This document shows positions 47,759 through 59,725 of a stretch of DNA of 64,000 nt, piece by piece. Both the position numbers and the translations under genes were made by a program. Under the pieces are notes generated by a model, which saw only the letters and a list, made by a program, of their open reading frames with translations, searched no databases and had not been told where the DNA came from. How positions within the stretch are numbered: position 1 is the stretch's first letter; every line of letters starts with the position of its first letter. The DNA is from a virus, in IMG/VR virus record IMGVR_UViG_3300045971_000409, positions 13,349 through 77,348 of that record, one strand, 5' to 3'.

Positions 47759-48040
47759 ATGATTATCAAGCGGGCTTTGCAGGTAGCGGAAGAATCAGAG
47801 AACAGAACAGTAAAGGCCCTGGCGGCTGAGGTAATCAGTTTGCGGGAATTGGTGACTGACTTCAATCAGCACATGATCGTTATGCAGGCGGACTGCGAAA
47901 AGTATCTGGTACCCGATAGCGGTTGCAGCATAGAATGGCTGACCAATCGCACCATCTGGAATCTGGACGGCCCGGTACAGCGTACTCTGCAAGAGAGGGC
48001 CAAACACGCGGAAACAGGGCTCTCCGACCCAAGACCCTAA
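47759..48040 (+). CDS. Hypothetical protein
   Basis: Start after CACAAGGAGGTA. Confidence 0.6.
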   Translation: MIIKRALQVAEESENRTVKALAAEVISLRELVTDFNQHMIVMQADCEKYLVPDSGCSIEWLTNRTIWNLDGPVQRTLQERAKHAETGLSDPRP

Positions 48041-48055
48041 TTTACAAGGTTTTTC

Positions 48056-48084
48056 TTGACAAAACTACAGGTATCACATATAAT
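48056..48084 (+). promoter_or_regulatory. Consensus sigma70 promoter
   Basis: TTGACA-N17-TATAAT. Confidence 0.9.
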
Positions 48085-48159
48085 CAACTCATAAATAATT
48101 CTTGCTGGCCATCCAGCGAGACCCCCCCAGGGGGGCACACTACACGGAGGTATCACATC

Positions 48160-48594
48160 ATGGCAATCGTCAAAGGCAAAACCACCCCGGCTACGGCCAC
48201 CATCGAAGTTCCCGTTCACGACACCACCCAGGTCACCGGACCTGCCGACACCCCCGAGCCCACCCCGGCTCCGGTTGAGACCCCGGCCCCTGCGGCCATC
48301 GTCGCCCCCGCTACCCCGGCTGGCCCGTCCAGCGGCGAACTGCGGACGGCCTTCATCGCTCTGGTCTTCGGGGCCAACGGCTACAAGTTCTCCCCGCCCG
48401 CCGAGCGCCCGGCCATCATGGAGCAGGCTATCGCGGCCCGCGTAGCCTACGAAGCTCACCCCCACCACCGCAAGGACATCCTGGCCAAGATGGACCGCAA
48501 CCTCGCCAACATCGACCGGGGTGCCAAGTCCTACCAGGAAGCGGCCCCTGTGGTTGAGGCCACCGACCCCGAGCCCATTGCGGCCGTCGGGTAA
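48160..48594 (+). CDS. Pro/Ala-rich protein, probably highly expressed
   Basis: Consensus promoter, SD hairpin, strong C-ending codon bias, hairpin downstream. Confidence 0.75.
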   Translation: MAIVKGKTTPATATIEVPVHDTTQVTGPADTPEPTPAPVETPAPAAIVAPATPAGPSSGELRTAFIALVFGANGYKFSPPAERPAIMEQAIAARVAYEAHPHHRKDILAKMDRNLANIDRGAKSYQEAAPVVEATDPEPIAAVG

Positions 48595-48603
48595 CACCCC
48601 CAA

Positions 48604-48629
48604 GGGGGCTGGGCTTCGGCCTAGCCCCC
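48604..48629 (+). terminator. Stable hairpin with TTCG loop (weak U-tract)
   Basis: GGGGGCTGGGC-TTCG-GCCTAGCCCCC. Confidence 0.5.
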
Positions 48630-48956
48630 CACTTCACGTTCGAGGAGAATTATCGTGGCCAATCCCAATGAAAAGATGTGTGTGAAATGCCCTATGCAGG
48701 ACTACTCTCTCGGTATTGAACTGGGGAAGCGTAATCCTGATGGAACCGGCCCCAAACTGCGCGGGAAGCGGTACACCAAGTACATCACGGACGCAGAGAA
48801 GTGCCCCAAGTGCGATAGTAAACTGGTACCGTGGAAGCACGCCTCACCCTACAACCCCACGGCCCAAGAGCCCCGCCCCACGACAGCCAAAGAACCGGAC
48901 GCCCTGATCGACCAACTGGTAGATTAATCTGCCACACTACAAGGAGGTATCACGTT

Positions 48957-49469
48957 ATGCCAATCGTCAATATCACAGCCGCAGTGACTGGGAAAGGCCA
49001 TCCTGCTTTATGGGAAGAGGGTGGATCAGCAGGCCAGTCAGGTTTCGCTCAGATTATCAGCGGGCAGGACGGTAACAAACTGGCCCCCATCTTCGTAAAG
49101 AACTCGGGTCATAGGTCTTGCGCCGAGCATGCCCTCATCCCGGTAGCCAATAACTACTACGTGGTACGAGTGATGCGAGTCCGCGGGTCTATTACCGTGG
49201 AAGTGATGAAAGTCCTACGTATCTACAAGGAAGTCACTGGCACCAAGCTGGCCATGAATCTCTTTGCGCGGACCAGTGCCCCGGAAACTGATGACCTCAG
49301 CGAGTGGGCGGAGTCCTTCTCCCACCAAGTACCCAAAGCTATCAAGGCCGCTATCGCCAAATCGTTCGAGCATCATTGTCGGGAGCCGCGGTACACCAAG
49401 GATTTCATATCTGCGGCCGACTACGAGACTACGGAGGTTATCAATGGCGTATCAGACCAACATCCTTAA
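48957..49469 (+). CDS. Hypothetical protein
   Basis: Start after TACAAGGAGGTA. Confidence 0.65.
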   Translation: MPIVNITAAVTGKGHPALWEEGGSAGQSGFAQIISGQDGNKLAPIFVKNSGHRSCAEHALIPVANNYYVVRVMRVRGSITVEVMKVLRIYKEVTGTKLAMNLFARTSAPETDDLSEWAESFSHQVPKAIKAAIAKSFEHHCREPRYTKDFISAADYETTEVINGVSDQHP

Positions 49470-52040
49470 CGGAGCAATAGCTACGGAGTCGGGACTTATT
49501 GTTGGCAAACACTACGAGGATTGTGTATTATGCCGGTCACCGCTGTCTTCTGACGGGTGCTCCAATCCCAAGTGCTTTCAGTCCCGCCCCACCTACCCGC
49601 TACAAGAAGCCATGCGGAAAGTAGCAGCCACCAAAGACTTAAAGGGGGAACGTCGTGGGACAAGCCAAACGCAGGCCCAACCGGGTACAGGAAGCGATAG
49701 CCCGCCAGGAAGCCCAGGACCGAGCTGAAGCTGATCGGCGGGACCAAGAGGCAGAGCGCGATTACCGTCACCAGTTGAAGATAGCTGAAGAATGGGCCAA
49801 GCTCACCCCCGAACAACAATCAGCTTGCCTGAAAAAGGCAGCACGAGAGGCGGAAGCAATGTCCTATCTGGCTTCTATATTCAATGTGACACGCTACGGG
49901 AGGTACTTTAGATGAGAGAAAAGATGCGGTGGGATACTCTCAGCTACAATAGTCGAATACGGATTACCACTTACTCATCATTTCTGGGTGGAGGACACTA
50001 CCGGGTTCGTATTATGGTGGGCCCGCGTAATGAAGATGGAACTGATAATCTTGGTCCCAGGTCTAGGCCATACAGGGTGATCGAGGATATTACTGCGTCC
50101 AGTCATGACCATGTGTTTGAACAGTGCGCGGCCATGATACGCAAAGACCCCAATTGGAAAGGAATCAAATAACGAATTCCCCGGCGGTATTTTAGCTACA
50201 GAAAGGAGAGCCAGTTCTCACGAGGAAAACCCCTTGCTTAATGTTAGCGTTGTGGTTTGCTGGTACCGGAATTGGTGCTCTCATGAATAGGGTGGTCCTA
50301 TTCTCTGGGTCTAGTCGTGACGATCCCTCCGGGGTCTTATTTTCAAAGGAGATGCTATGCGGACAGTAGACCTACATTCCATTGCGTCTTTCTCTTCGGG
50401 TCTGGTACTCAACTTGGTGGAATGGATACCCGCCCGCTGGGGGTACAGAAGTGTGAGCTACCAGCAGTATTTTTTCCCCTCTATGGAGGGATAGTTTGCC
50501 AGGGGAATCAAGGACCACTGGTGGATAAGTAGTGTCGGAATAGGCCGACCGGGGTGTCGATGTAAAACAACTTCCAACCTGTCTGTGGACGCTATATTCA
50601 TTTGAGCCATCTATTAACATCTTGGGCGACATCGGCACCCCCCTTATATCGTAAAGGAATAAAGATATGACAGTAGAAAAGGCAATAGAGTGGGCCAGGG
50701 GTAATTCGTGGCCGTTGGATAAAAATGACGACAGGGATTTCAGAGTCATTGAAGACATAATGGACGCCTTTGCAGACGAGGTAGATAGGTTGCGGGAAAC
50801 CGTGGCCATACAGGAGGTACTTATCTTGGGGGAGGGTAAAGCAAATCAAGCCCTCCGTGACGAGGTGGGACGGATAAACAATCTGCTTGATATCACGACA
50901 AATGATTACAACCAAGTTCACGATAAGCTGTTATTGTCGGAGGCAGAGCTAGACAATTACAAGCTGCGGTGGGAAATAGAAAAACAAAATCGAACCCAAG
51001 GAAGATGAATAGTCGGCATGTAGTTTAGCGACTCAGCCAAGGAGAATGACCGAATGGAAGACTCAGACCGAGAGGCCACACAATTATTTCAGTTGAGGAG
51101 CATACTCATAGGCCATTGTGGGGAGATACTGACTCCAAACAAAGTTGACGCCATATTCCTTGAGATAAAGGATGCCATAACCCAAGGCCCCTGCTCCTGG
51201 GCGTTCAAGGGGATTGGACAAAAGAAGACTGTTACCCTACTCAAGCCAGTTATCGGCGGCCATCTCCTACAGCACATGACGGTAGGGCGGGCATACCCCC
51301 TGTACAGCGGAAAGCCTCACTTTGCTGGGCTGATACTGGATGATTCGGGCTCCGTAGTGCATCTGACCGCAACCTGCATCCGGCAACATCTACGGGTCGG
51401 CCACAGTACACCCCAAACACCACCACCCCCTACAACACCGGGGTAGCATTTTACCCGCTAAATTTGCGGCCTAACAAGGAGAACACCCCTTACCCATACC
51501 TACCCCTCACCACCATTTTTACAAACGGCCCACAACGAATTTCACACGGAGGTACATCATGAAGGAACCCATCTGGAATATGCGGGCGGTATGCCCCACT
51601 TGTCTCCCCCCACCCCCGGACCTGTCCAACCTGACGGTGGGGCATTTCGTCAAGACCATTGATAACTACGAACGCTTCTGGGTCAAAGTGGCCGAGCTAC
51701 ACCCTGACGGCATGATTGTTGGCGTAGTGGACAACGACTTGGTACTGGAGCACTCTTTTGTCTGCGGGGATGTTATCACTATCCATCGAGACAAAGTTAT
51801 TGAGGTATGGGTATGAACCGTATACCCAAGTTTCCACGGCTCGTGACAACTCGGCCCATGACGGAGGAAGAAGCCAAAATAATCAGGCTGACCGCCAAAG
51901 AAGCAGCACAACAGGGTGCGAGTGTCGCAACCAAGTGCCGGGATATTGACACCGGGGAAATGAAATCTTGCGAGAAAGAAGACAACCACACCAAGATGCC
52001 ATTCTTTGTACAGAAAGCCTAAGTAACTACATGATTTTCC

Positions 52041-52069
52041 TTGCGCTTTATCCCTGTCTATTATATACT
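52041..52069 (+). promoter_or_regulatory. Sigma70-type promoter (TTGCG class)
   Basis: TTGCGC-N17-TATACT. Confidence 0.75.
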
Positions 52070-52406
52070 ATTCTTACAAATCGGCACCCACCACTCAGGG
52101 TAACTACAGGGAGGTACATCATGGAACAGGTTAAAAAGTACAGAGTGAACACAGCGGAGGAAGGCGGGGGCTGGACAATCCATACTTGCGGGCGTGACCT
52201 CAAGCCGGGGGATGAGTTCTGTCCCTTCCTGCTTCGTATGGACCCCGCCTGGATACCGGAAATGCTCGCGGACAAGCGAATCACCTACATCGGGCTGGCC
52301 TACTAGGAGGGCATCATGTCTTACACGCTTTGGACTTTTGAAGGCTTTATGGTATTCATCGTTCTGGTCGGCTTCTACTACACGATAAAAGACTTCACGA
52401 AACGCT

Positions 52407-52424
52407 AGTGCAATTAATTGCACA
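52407..52424. promoter_or_regulatory. 18-bp palindrome copy 10
   Basis: AGTGCAATTAATTGCACA, 4 bp before the SD hairpin at 52429. Confidence 0.85.
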
Positions 52425-54010
52425 CCACTACAAGGAGGTATAACATGCGGGAAAAGCAGCAGATTTATCACAAGCATCAGGTAGTCATGCCACGGATGAG
52501 GATTATTCGGGGCTATCCGCTTACCACATCGCTGGACGAGAAGGCCAAAGACGCGGCCGAGTTCCCTGGTATTACGGTCTTCCTCAACGGTAAGCATACC
52601 TTGGCTCATTGCATGTATCAGGACGACCCGGATGGTCTCTACCGCACCCGGATTCGTGACCACAAGGCCCACACCCTCAAGGGCTGCCGGGATGAGTACG
52701 TCTACGAATACTTCATGATTAGGCTCATGGCCCGCATGATAATAGGGGGTAGGTAGCCATGGGCAACCTCATTTGCCCTAAGTGCGACGACTCTGGAATG
52801 ACCTGGCTGGACCCTGAGATGGACCGCCTCTTGGAAGAGGGTATCATGAAGTGCGACGGCTGTGGGGCCGAGTTCAAGGGTATCCCCGGCTGGCAGCGGG
52901 CTATGCGCTCCAAGAGGGATAGGCAGAGGCACGACAGTCTACGCACGTTCGGCCCACCCACACAGGAGCTTCTACAGATAACATGCGACTGGATGGAAGC
53001 CCAGGGCGGGGGCACCGTTGGTACCGAGGGGCAAGTAGTAGTGGTTCGTAATGCCAAGGGCAAGGCCATAGGCGTAGGCATGACCCATCTGGCTGCTCTG
53101 GCTATGGCGGGCCGCAGAATACAAAGAATAAAGGGAGAATAATCATGGCCTTATCTCTAGCGGAAGCGAAAAAGTACATGAACGAGGGGGGCTCAAGCCT
53201 GCAAGGACGGCAGCACTGACATGCCCTACCCCAAAGATTCAGGTGAGGCTTTTTGGTGGGACAAGGGGTATATTGCCCAGAACAAAGAAGAGGAGGATTA
53301 GTCATGGCAAGGAAATACATTCACACGTACAAGTTCGAGTTCCAGGTAGAATCGGAAGAGTATGACCCGGACAAGGTTACTGAGGAAGAGATCGGCAACG
53401 CTCTCATAACTGCCGCAGGCATATCCTGTATAGACCCATCAACTGTTGAGGTAGACTGCGAGTACGTGGGGACGTTATGACCGGACTTCGTTTGGTACAC
53501 GTCCTCACGCTGGCGGACAAGCATAAGACCCTGCTCTCCAAATTTGAGCGGGAATTAGTAGAAGACCGCGTAGCCGCCTTCCAGAAATATGGATTGCGGA
53601 CCCGCATCACCCCCAAGCAGGAAGAGATACTGGAAGAGATAGCCGAGAAACTGGGAGGTACGTCATGACACCACAAGAACAGAATGAATTACTGGCTCAG
53701 TGGGCCGGGCTTGAGTGCCGGTGCGAGACATTATTTTGTACATGCGATGCTCATCCCGACTATGACCGGGATGAGGTGGCGGTTACGCTGTTGTCGAAGT
53801 TGAACGAGTTAGGATACAGATTTGAATTAAACAACAGAGGAAAAGAAAACGACTATACTCTTGAAGTCTGGATAAAGCCACAGGACGGATTTCTCGCAGT
53901 AGTCGAAAAGCCCACCATCGCCGCAGCAATCAAGGCGGCAGTGCTACAGTTGGTTCAACAGGAGAAGTAATGAGACATTCACGGGATAATGGTTTTAAGG
54001 CGGAACCTCT

Positions 54011-54631
54011 ATGGTAGGGACTAAAATAGGAAGACTGACAGTTGTATCTTTGCATGATACTACCGCAAGTAGGCATCGTAGGTATTTGTGCGTTTGCGAT
54101 TGCGGAGTGGAAACAGTGGTGCAGGCGGGCAATCTGGCCAATGGGCATACTACCTCCTGCGGGTGTCTACCTAAAGAAGTAACGACAAAGCGTAGCAAAA
54201 CGCACGGAATGTCTGGCTCTAAAGAGTACACTGCTTGGGGCAGCATGATTACACGTACAACCAATCCGAGAAACAAACGATGGGCTAGATACGGTGGTAT
54301 AGGTATTACCGTCTGTGCCGAGTGGTTATCTTCTTTCGAGCAGTTTTTATCTGATATGGGACTAGCCCCTACAAAAAATCACCAGCTAGATAGAATAGAA
54401 AATAATAAGGGGTACTACCCCGGAAATTGTAGATGGGCTACCCGAGTAGAGCAGGCGAGGAACACAAGTACAAGTGTATTTATTGAGTATCAGGGTGCCA
54501 GTAAAACGATAGCCGAGTGGTCGGAAATTACAGGCATAGAACGATCTTTACTACACTGGAGATTAAAGAGAGGATGGCCTGTGCATCGCGCCTTTACTGA
54601 GCAAGCAACTCTCGGTAAAAATCAATACTAG
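54011..54631 (+). CDS. Free-standing HNH-type homing endonuclease
   Basis: CVCDCG, TSCGC, HGMS, YGGIGITVC..W, LDRIENNKGY.PGNCRWAT..EQARN; more AT-rich than its neighbours. Confidence 0.85.
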   Translation: MVGTKIGRLTVVSLHDTTASRHRRYLCVCDCGVETVVQAGNLANGHTTSCGCLPKEVTTKRSKTHGMSGSKEYTAWGSMITRTTNPRNKRWARYGGIGITVCAEWLSSFEQFLSDMGLAPTKNHQLDRIENNKGYYPGNCRWATRVEQARNTSTSVFIEYQGASKTIAEWSEITGIERSLLHWRLKRGWPVHRAFTEQATLGKNQY

Positions 54632-54850
54632 GGGGTATATAGTTATGGACAGACTACATCAATCGTATTTAAGAGCCCAGGCCGCCTACGAGGCGCAACT
54701 TCCTCCGGGATTCGATGAGCCGGAAGTGGCTGAGGATTGCGAAGGCGAGTTCTGCGGCGAGTGCTTGAAGTGCATCGTAGCGAACGCAATATCTGCGGAA
54801 GAGGATGCGGGGGAGGCCGAGTATGAGCGCCGGAAGGAAAAAAGGACCCA

Positions 54851-55287
54851 TTGATTCGGGGTGGATTCAGTGTGCCGAGACTTTAGGGTACGCCACTCCC
54901 GAGGAAATGCTCACCACCATGTATCAGACCATGAGCCTGCGGGAAATGGGTAAAAAGCTCGGGTATGATAGGCACACGATTGCCAATCGTCTGCGCCTGC
55001 ATGGTATAGTTTTGCGCCCCAAAGGCGGGAATAATAACTACAAGACGGGTAAGTACCGGGGGCAGTACCAGCGTAAATTAGCGTACGAAGAGGTAGCCCG
55101 CCTACCAACCGGCATGCCAACACAAGAAACCCTGGACGTGTACTTGGCGACCCGTACACGAAAGCAACCAGTGTACCTGGCCAAGCTGGGGGGAGTCCTA
55201 TTCTATTGGAGTTTGAATCGACAAGCGGTAATACGGCGGGCCAATGAATACTTGGTGCCCTGGGAGAAATACGAGGGTCCGTCATGA
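54851..55287 (+). CDS. HTH-containing protein
   Basis: MSLREMGKKLGYDRHTIANRLRLHGIVLR; start uncertain. Confidence 0.55.
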
Positions 55288-56236
55288 CCAAAGAGGAAGT
55301 CCTACTTGAAGCCCAGATAATACTGAGCGCGGACTATCACGTAATGCTGGGTAGATACCGAAAACCCAAATGCAACGTAACCATAGACCCGTGGTGCCGC
55401 ACAAATCGTAGCCTCCACCTTGTGTGGGTAGCCAAGTACCCACCAAGGTACAACATCCAAGGGACGTTCGAGTACAATCTGGACCGTCCGACACTAGGGT
55501 ACTTCAAATTTACGATGGGGTAACAACATGCCAAGAATAGACGAAAGTACTATAATGGGACCGCATCCACGGGGTAAGCTCCGAAAGGTGTGGTATGCCC
55601 TAGACTCAGGAACCCTTATAGGTACAGTAGCTGCCACCTACGGCTGCTGGACCTGCGGGACCGAATATCCATACATGCGGATAGTGAATAGACAGTCCGA
55701 TATTGTGCAGTGGAGAATCCGCTGCAATGGAGTATCTATAACCGAGTGCCCCTACTGCTCAGAATACGGGAGAAAACCATGACAATGGGAGAAAGACTAC
55801 GTAAAAATGGCTTCGATACCAGCACCTACAATCGCAGTGATAAAACTTGGCGGGTGGGATGTAGTCAGTGTCAAGCCCTGGTTGTAAATGGGTGCGCCAC
55901 CCATGAAACGGGCTGTCCCCGGCACCCTAGCGTTTGGAACCCACGGCCATCCGGGAGGACGCCGTGAGTAAGCTCCAGTTTTCAATGCACTCGTACCCAC
56001 AAGGAACATTGGTGACCAAAATCATGGAAAAACAGGACAAGCAGCTTTCCCTGGTACTCAAATGGATGGCCCAAGAAGTGTACCATAACGGGGCATGGGT
56101 ATTCGTGGCCCCCGCTAAAGAGTGGTACGGCCCCCACGCTACCGGCTGGGTATTGGTCGTCAACGGCACTGTCCATTTACAGGGAGAACTAGGGGATTTA
56201 AAAAAGAGTGTCTACTACCCGCCGAAAGGATAAGTT

Positions 56237-57022
56237 ATGAATATCTATTGGCAGATTACAAACCGCTGCAATATGTTATGCGCCCATTGCTGCGGAGCGC
56301 ACACCATTCGCGGCCGACACATGGACGATAAAACCGTGGACCAGACCATGAAATTCCTCACCAACCTGTACCTAGAGAAAGAAGACTACACTCCTGACGA
56401 TAGGTGGCGTTTTACTTTGGGGGGAGGAGAACCGACGCTACACCCACGGTTCTGGGAGGCTATGACTTTTGCCTTCTCAGTGTTTCCGTCCGACCTCGAC
56501 AGCGGGGACCCGGCTACGGTAGCAGTGGTTACCAACGGGACAGTTACCGCCACGGCATTACGTTTAGCGGCTATGGCCAAGAACGGCTATATCCATGCGT
56601 CATTGTCGCGGGACGATATGCACCCCAAGCACATGGTAGCCCCCGAAGTAGTTGCCGCGTTTACCAGAGAAAGACTAGAGGGTACCTGGGGTAGTTACGC
56701 GGGGCCTAAAAATGACGGTCGAGAGATACGCAATTCAAGCGTCTGGGTGCCTATTGGTAGGGCCAAGACTACCGGGGTAGGGCATAGTTCTCGTAAAAAT
56801 GACTGCATCTGCGGGGCGTTATTCATACGGCCCAACGGGAATCTGTACTTCTGCGGCTGCCCGAAATCCCCTAAGGTGGGAAATGTGTGGGACGGGATCA
56901 CCGACTATTACCGATGGGTATTCTCCCTGCCCAACGCCTACGGGGATGATCTGACTTGCTACCGGGACATACCGGACGCAATAGAAGAAGCGGAATCAAA
57001 TGGAAATACTTGGAGGACCTAA
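56237..57022 (+). CDS. Radical SAM enzyme with a SPASM/Twitch-like C-terminus
   Basis: CNMLCAHC (CxxxCxxC); GGGEPTLHP; VVTNG; CICGALFIRPNGNLYFC. Confidence 0.9.
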   Translation: MNIYWQITNRCNMLCAHCCGAHTIRGRHMDDKTVDQTMKFLTNLYLEKEDYTPDDRWRFTLGGGEPTLHPRFWEAMTFAFSVFPSDLDSGDPATVAVVTNGTVTATALRLAAMAKNGYIHASLSRDDMHPKHMVAPEVVAAFTRERLEGTWGSYAGPKNDGREIRNSSVWVPIGRAKTTGVGHSSRKNDCICGALFIRPNGNLYFCGCPKSPKVGNVWDGITDYYRWVFSLPNAYGDDLTCYRDIPDAIEEAESNGNTWRT

Positions 57023-57041
57023 CGAAACCCACTGATTTTAC

Positions 57042-57070
57042 TTGCGATTTCTCAGCGCCTATTATATAAT
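57042..57070 (+). promoter_or_regulatory. Sigma70-type promoter (TTGCG class)
   Basis: TTGCGA-N17-TATAAT. Confidence 0.8.
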
Positions 57071-57449
57071 AAACATAAAAAAGCGCATCAACCCCCACCG
57101 AGGGGGACCACTACAGGGAGGTACAGCATGCAAGTAATTTACAGAGGAAAAGTCCTGGACCATGACGGGATGTGCGTCTCCCCGTACTGTGCCCTGGAAC
57201 ACGGGAGGAAACTGTGAACAGCATATTCGTGAAGATAGACAATGGGGTAATCAGCATTGAGGATGGAGAGACCCCGGAACTTGAACCCGCGCTCTTCAAT
57301 GCCAATGCCATAGGGGCCGCCGGGGCTCGTAAGTATCTGGACAAGCTCAAAGGGCGGTGTATACTGTTCTCCAGCAGCGTGGACTTTCCCACCGATTACG
57401 GCGGGGCGAAATCCATCACTCGCATCCTGCGAAGCAACCTTCAATAGTT

Positions 57450-57467
57450 TGTGCAATTAATTGCACA
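57450..57467. promoter_or_regulatory. 18-bp palindrome copy 11 (perfect)
   Basis: TGTGCAATTAATTGCACA, intergenic and abutting an RBS. Confidence 0.9.
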
Positions 57468-58730
57468 CGGAGACTACTATGCTCGACCCAGTAACAGGAC
57501 ACACCGATTACAGTCGCCGCCCCATGGTGCTCAAATTCTGGCCCTGGTGGCTGGCCAAGATCAAATCCAAGGGCTACTCGTGGGAGTACGCCATCAAGCT
57601 GCTGGAAAGCGGCAAGACCATCAAGTTCCTGACCCGCAAGGACCGCCTCGGGATGATTCAGCGTATCCTGCAAGCGGAAGGAGACTCGGAGTTCTAACGG
57701 CGGCATGTCAAAGGCCGACCACGAAAGGAGATGCTATGGCAGAACGGGTATCAATGTACGCGGTAGAACGAGACACCTTCATCAAGGCCGACACCAAGAA
57801 GATGGACGCCAGAGCCATCACGGCTATGCAGCGCACCTGGGACTACGTTGCCGAGGATTGCTTCGTCAATGACCAGGGGGAATTCGATGAGTCCATCAAG
57901 TATCGGCGTTCGGAAGTGCTGGAGCTGGTACTCGACGCAGACCGCATGACTTCCATGCCCGAGGCGGATGTGGAAGCAGCGCGGTACGCTGTCTGGGTTC
58001 ATCGGTACCATCCGGCCCACTGGTCGCGTCTCAGCAAGCAGGCGTTCCCCTACTCATGGTACGGGGTATGAAGTGTCCCATCTGTGGCACTGACCATCTT
58101 GCGGAAAACAAACTACCTAGTGTCTTTGATTTGTACTTTGATATTAAGACACTACCAAAGTTGGCTGAGGAGTATCGCGGGGCTCGTATGAGAGTAATAG
58201 ACATGGAAATGCTCTGTGAATCCCACGGTATAAATCACGACCTACTCTACCAGTACGAGGAGAAGGAAGATGAAAGTAAAGATAATACTGGAAGATAAGC
58301 CCAAGGGGGCAGTGGAAATTACGTTCGACTTCGACCCGCCGGTATCCGATTCCATACCCGACACTCCGGCGGGAAACATGGCCGCCAAGATACTGGAAAT
58401 TATGCAGGGGATGGGACCCATCAGTAAAAAGGAAATGCGGAAAGCTAAAGGAGGTAAGTCGGCATGACGCACCAAGAACAAGTAGACGTAGTAATGAAGA
58501 TTGGCTCTAAGCCGGGGCGTGAAATAGAGGATATGTATAGCGGGCGTTTCATGTACGGGGCCACCTGCTACGGCATAATCACCAGTAACCCCGACAATGT
58601 AGCCAGGGAAGCACACTTGGCTGGGTTAAAGGGGGAAAAGTACGACAACATGGGACTGCAATTCATTGTGTACTGGCCGCACATACCCGGAAAACCCGAG
58701 GAATAAGCTCTCGTATCTTACTGGATTCCC

Positions 58731-58759
58731 TTGCGTTTATCCCCCGGAACCATTATAAT
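58731..58759 (+). promoter_or_regulatory. Sigma70-type promoter (TTGCG class)
   Basis: TTGCGT-N17-TATAAT. Confidence 0.8.
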
Positions 58760-58820
58760 AAATCAAAAAGTTCACACCACACCAACCCGCGGGGCGGGCA
58801 ACTACAAGGAGGTACATCAG

Positions 58821-59234
58821 ATGGAAGTTTATCGCGGCAACAGATTGCTTCATGCGGACGAGGCCCAGAAGGATTTTCCAGAGTCAACCCAGTATTTCAG
58901 GCTGGTGATTGAGCACAATGAGGACGGCTTTCAGGTAACGCAGCTCGATTACGAGGACGAGTCGGAAACCCCGTGGAACGCTACTCCGGTCAGGACGTAC
59001 CCCACCCTCGAAGATGCCATCGTCTTCATAGTGAACAGCGAGGACGACTACTGCTTGTTCATTGGCAATTCGGATGTGGGGTTGGCCATCGCCCACCGAC
59101 CTATCGGCCACGGAGAGTCCGTTATCGGGGCACAAGACCTTGAGACCATCCGGCTCATGTTTGAGTATCTGAGGGAAAAGGGCCTCATCGAAGACGCCAG
59201 TGACTACGTAGACCAGCGGCTCGAAGGCGCGTAA
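58821..59234 (+). CDS. Acidic hypothetical protein
   Basis: Start after TACAAGGAGGTA. Confidence 0.65.
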   Translation: MEVYRGNRLLHADEAQKDFPESTQYFRLVIEHNEDGFQVTQLDYEDESETPWNATPVRTYPTLEDAIVFIVNSEDDYCLFIGNSDVGLAIAHRPIGHGESVIGAQDLETIRLMFEYLREKGLIEDASDYVDQRLEGA

Positions 59235-59643
59235 CATAACCAGCGGGGGCGGCAACGCCCCCCTCAACCCAACTACAGGAGAGAGCCATGATTTACAACG
59301 GACAGGACGTACAGCCCACGCAAAAGACCTTCTACCTGCGGGCTCGGAAAGAAATCAAGATGAGAAACACTGTGGTACCGGCGGGACGGCAGTTCAGTCT
59401 CAACGACCACGCCTTTGCCCAGTTCATAGTCGAGAAAGGGCATGCCTACTTCATCAGGAAGGGAGCAATCTAATGACCACGACTATCATCACGTTCGACG
59501 AAAAGAGGTGCCACGAGTGTGGGACGATGGCATGGCGGGACACGCAATGCGGCCCTGGTAAGTGGTACTGGTGCCCGACGTGCAAGGAATACACCATCAA
59601 CCCCCACGGTGTAAAGAACGACGTATCATGACCCCAATCAGCA

Positions 59644-59673
59644 CTAGGCCCACAGGATTTCTTGTGGGCCTAG
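59644..59673. terminator. Inverted repeat / hairpin
   Basis: CTAGGCCCACAGGA-TT-TCTTGTGGGCCTAG. Confidence 0.5.
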
Positions 59674-59696
59674 CCCTCGTAACCACATGAATCTTC

Positions 59697-59725
59697 TTGC
59701 GTTTTTCCCGAGGCTATTATATAAT
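59697..59725 (+). promoter_or_regulatory. Sigma70-type promoter (TTGCG class)
   Basis: TTGCGT-N17-TATAAT. Confidence 0.8.

Noticed and set aside
7369-58071. ORF-track starts at 7369, 23170, 47696, 52418, 57451 and 58731
   Set aside because: They begin at TTG/GTG codons within palindromes or promoters; better ATG starts follow clear RBSs downstream.
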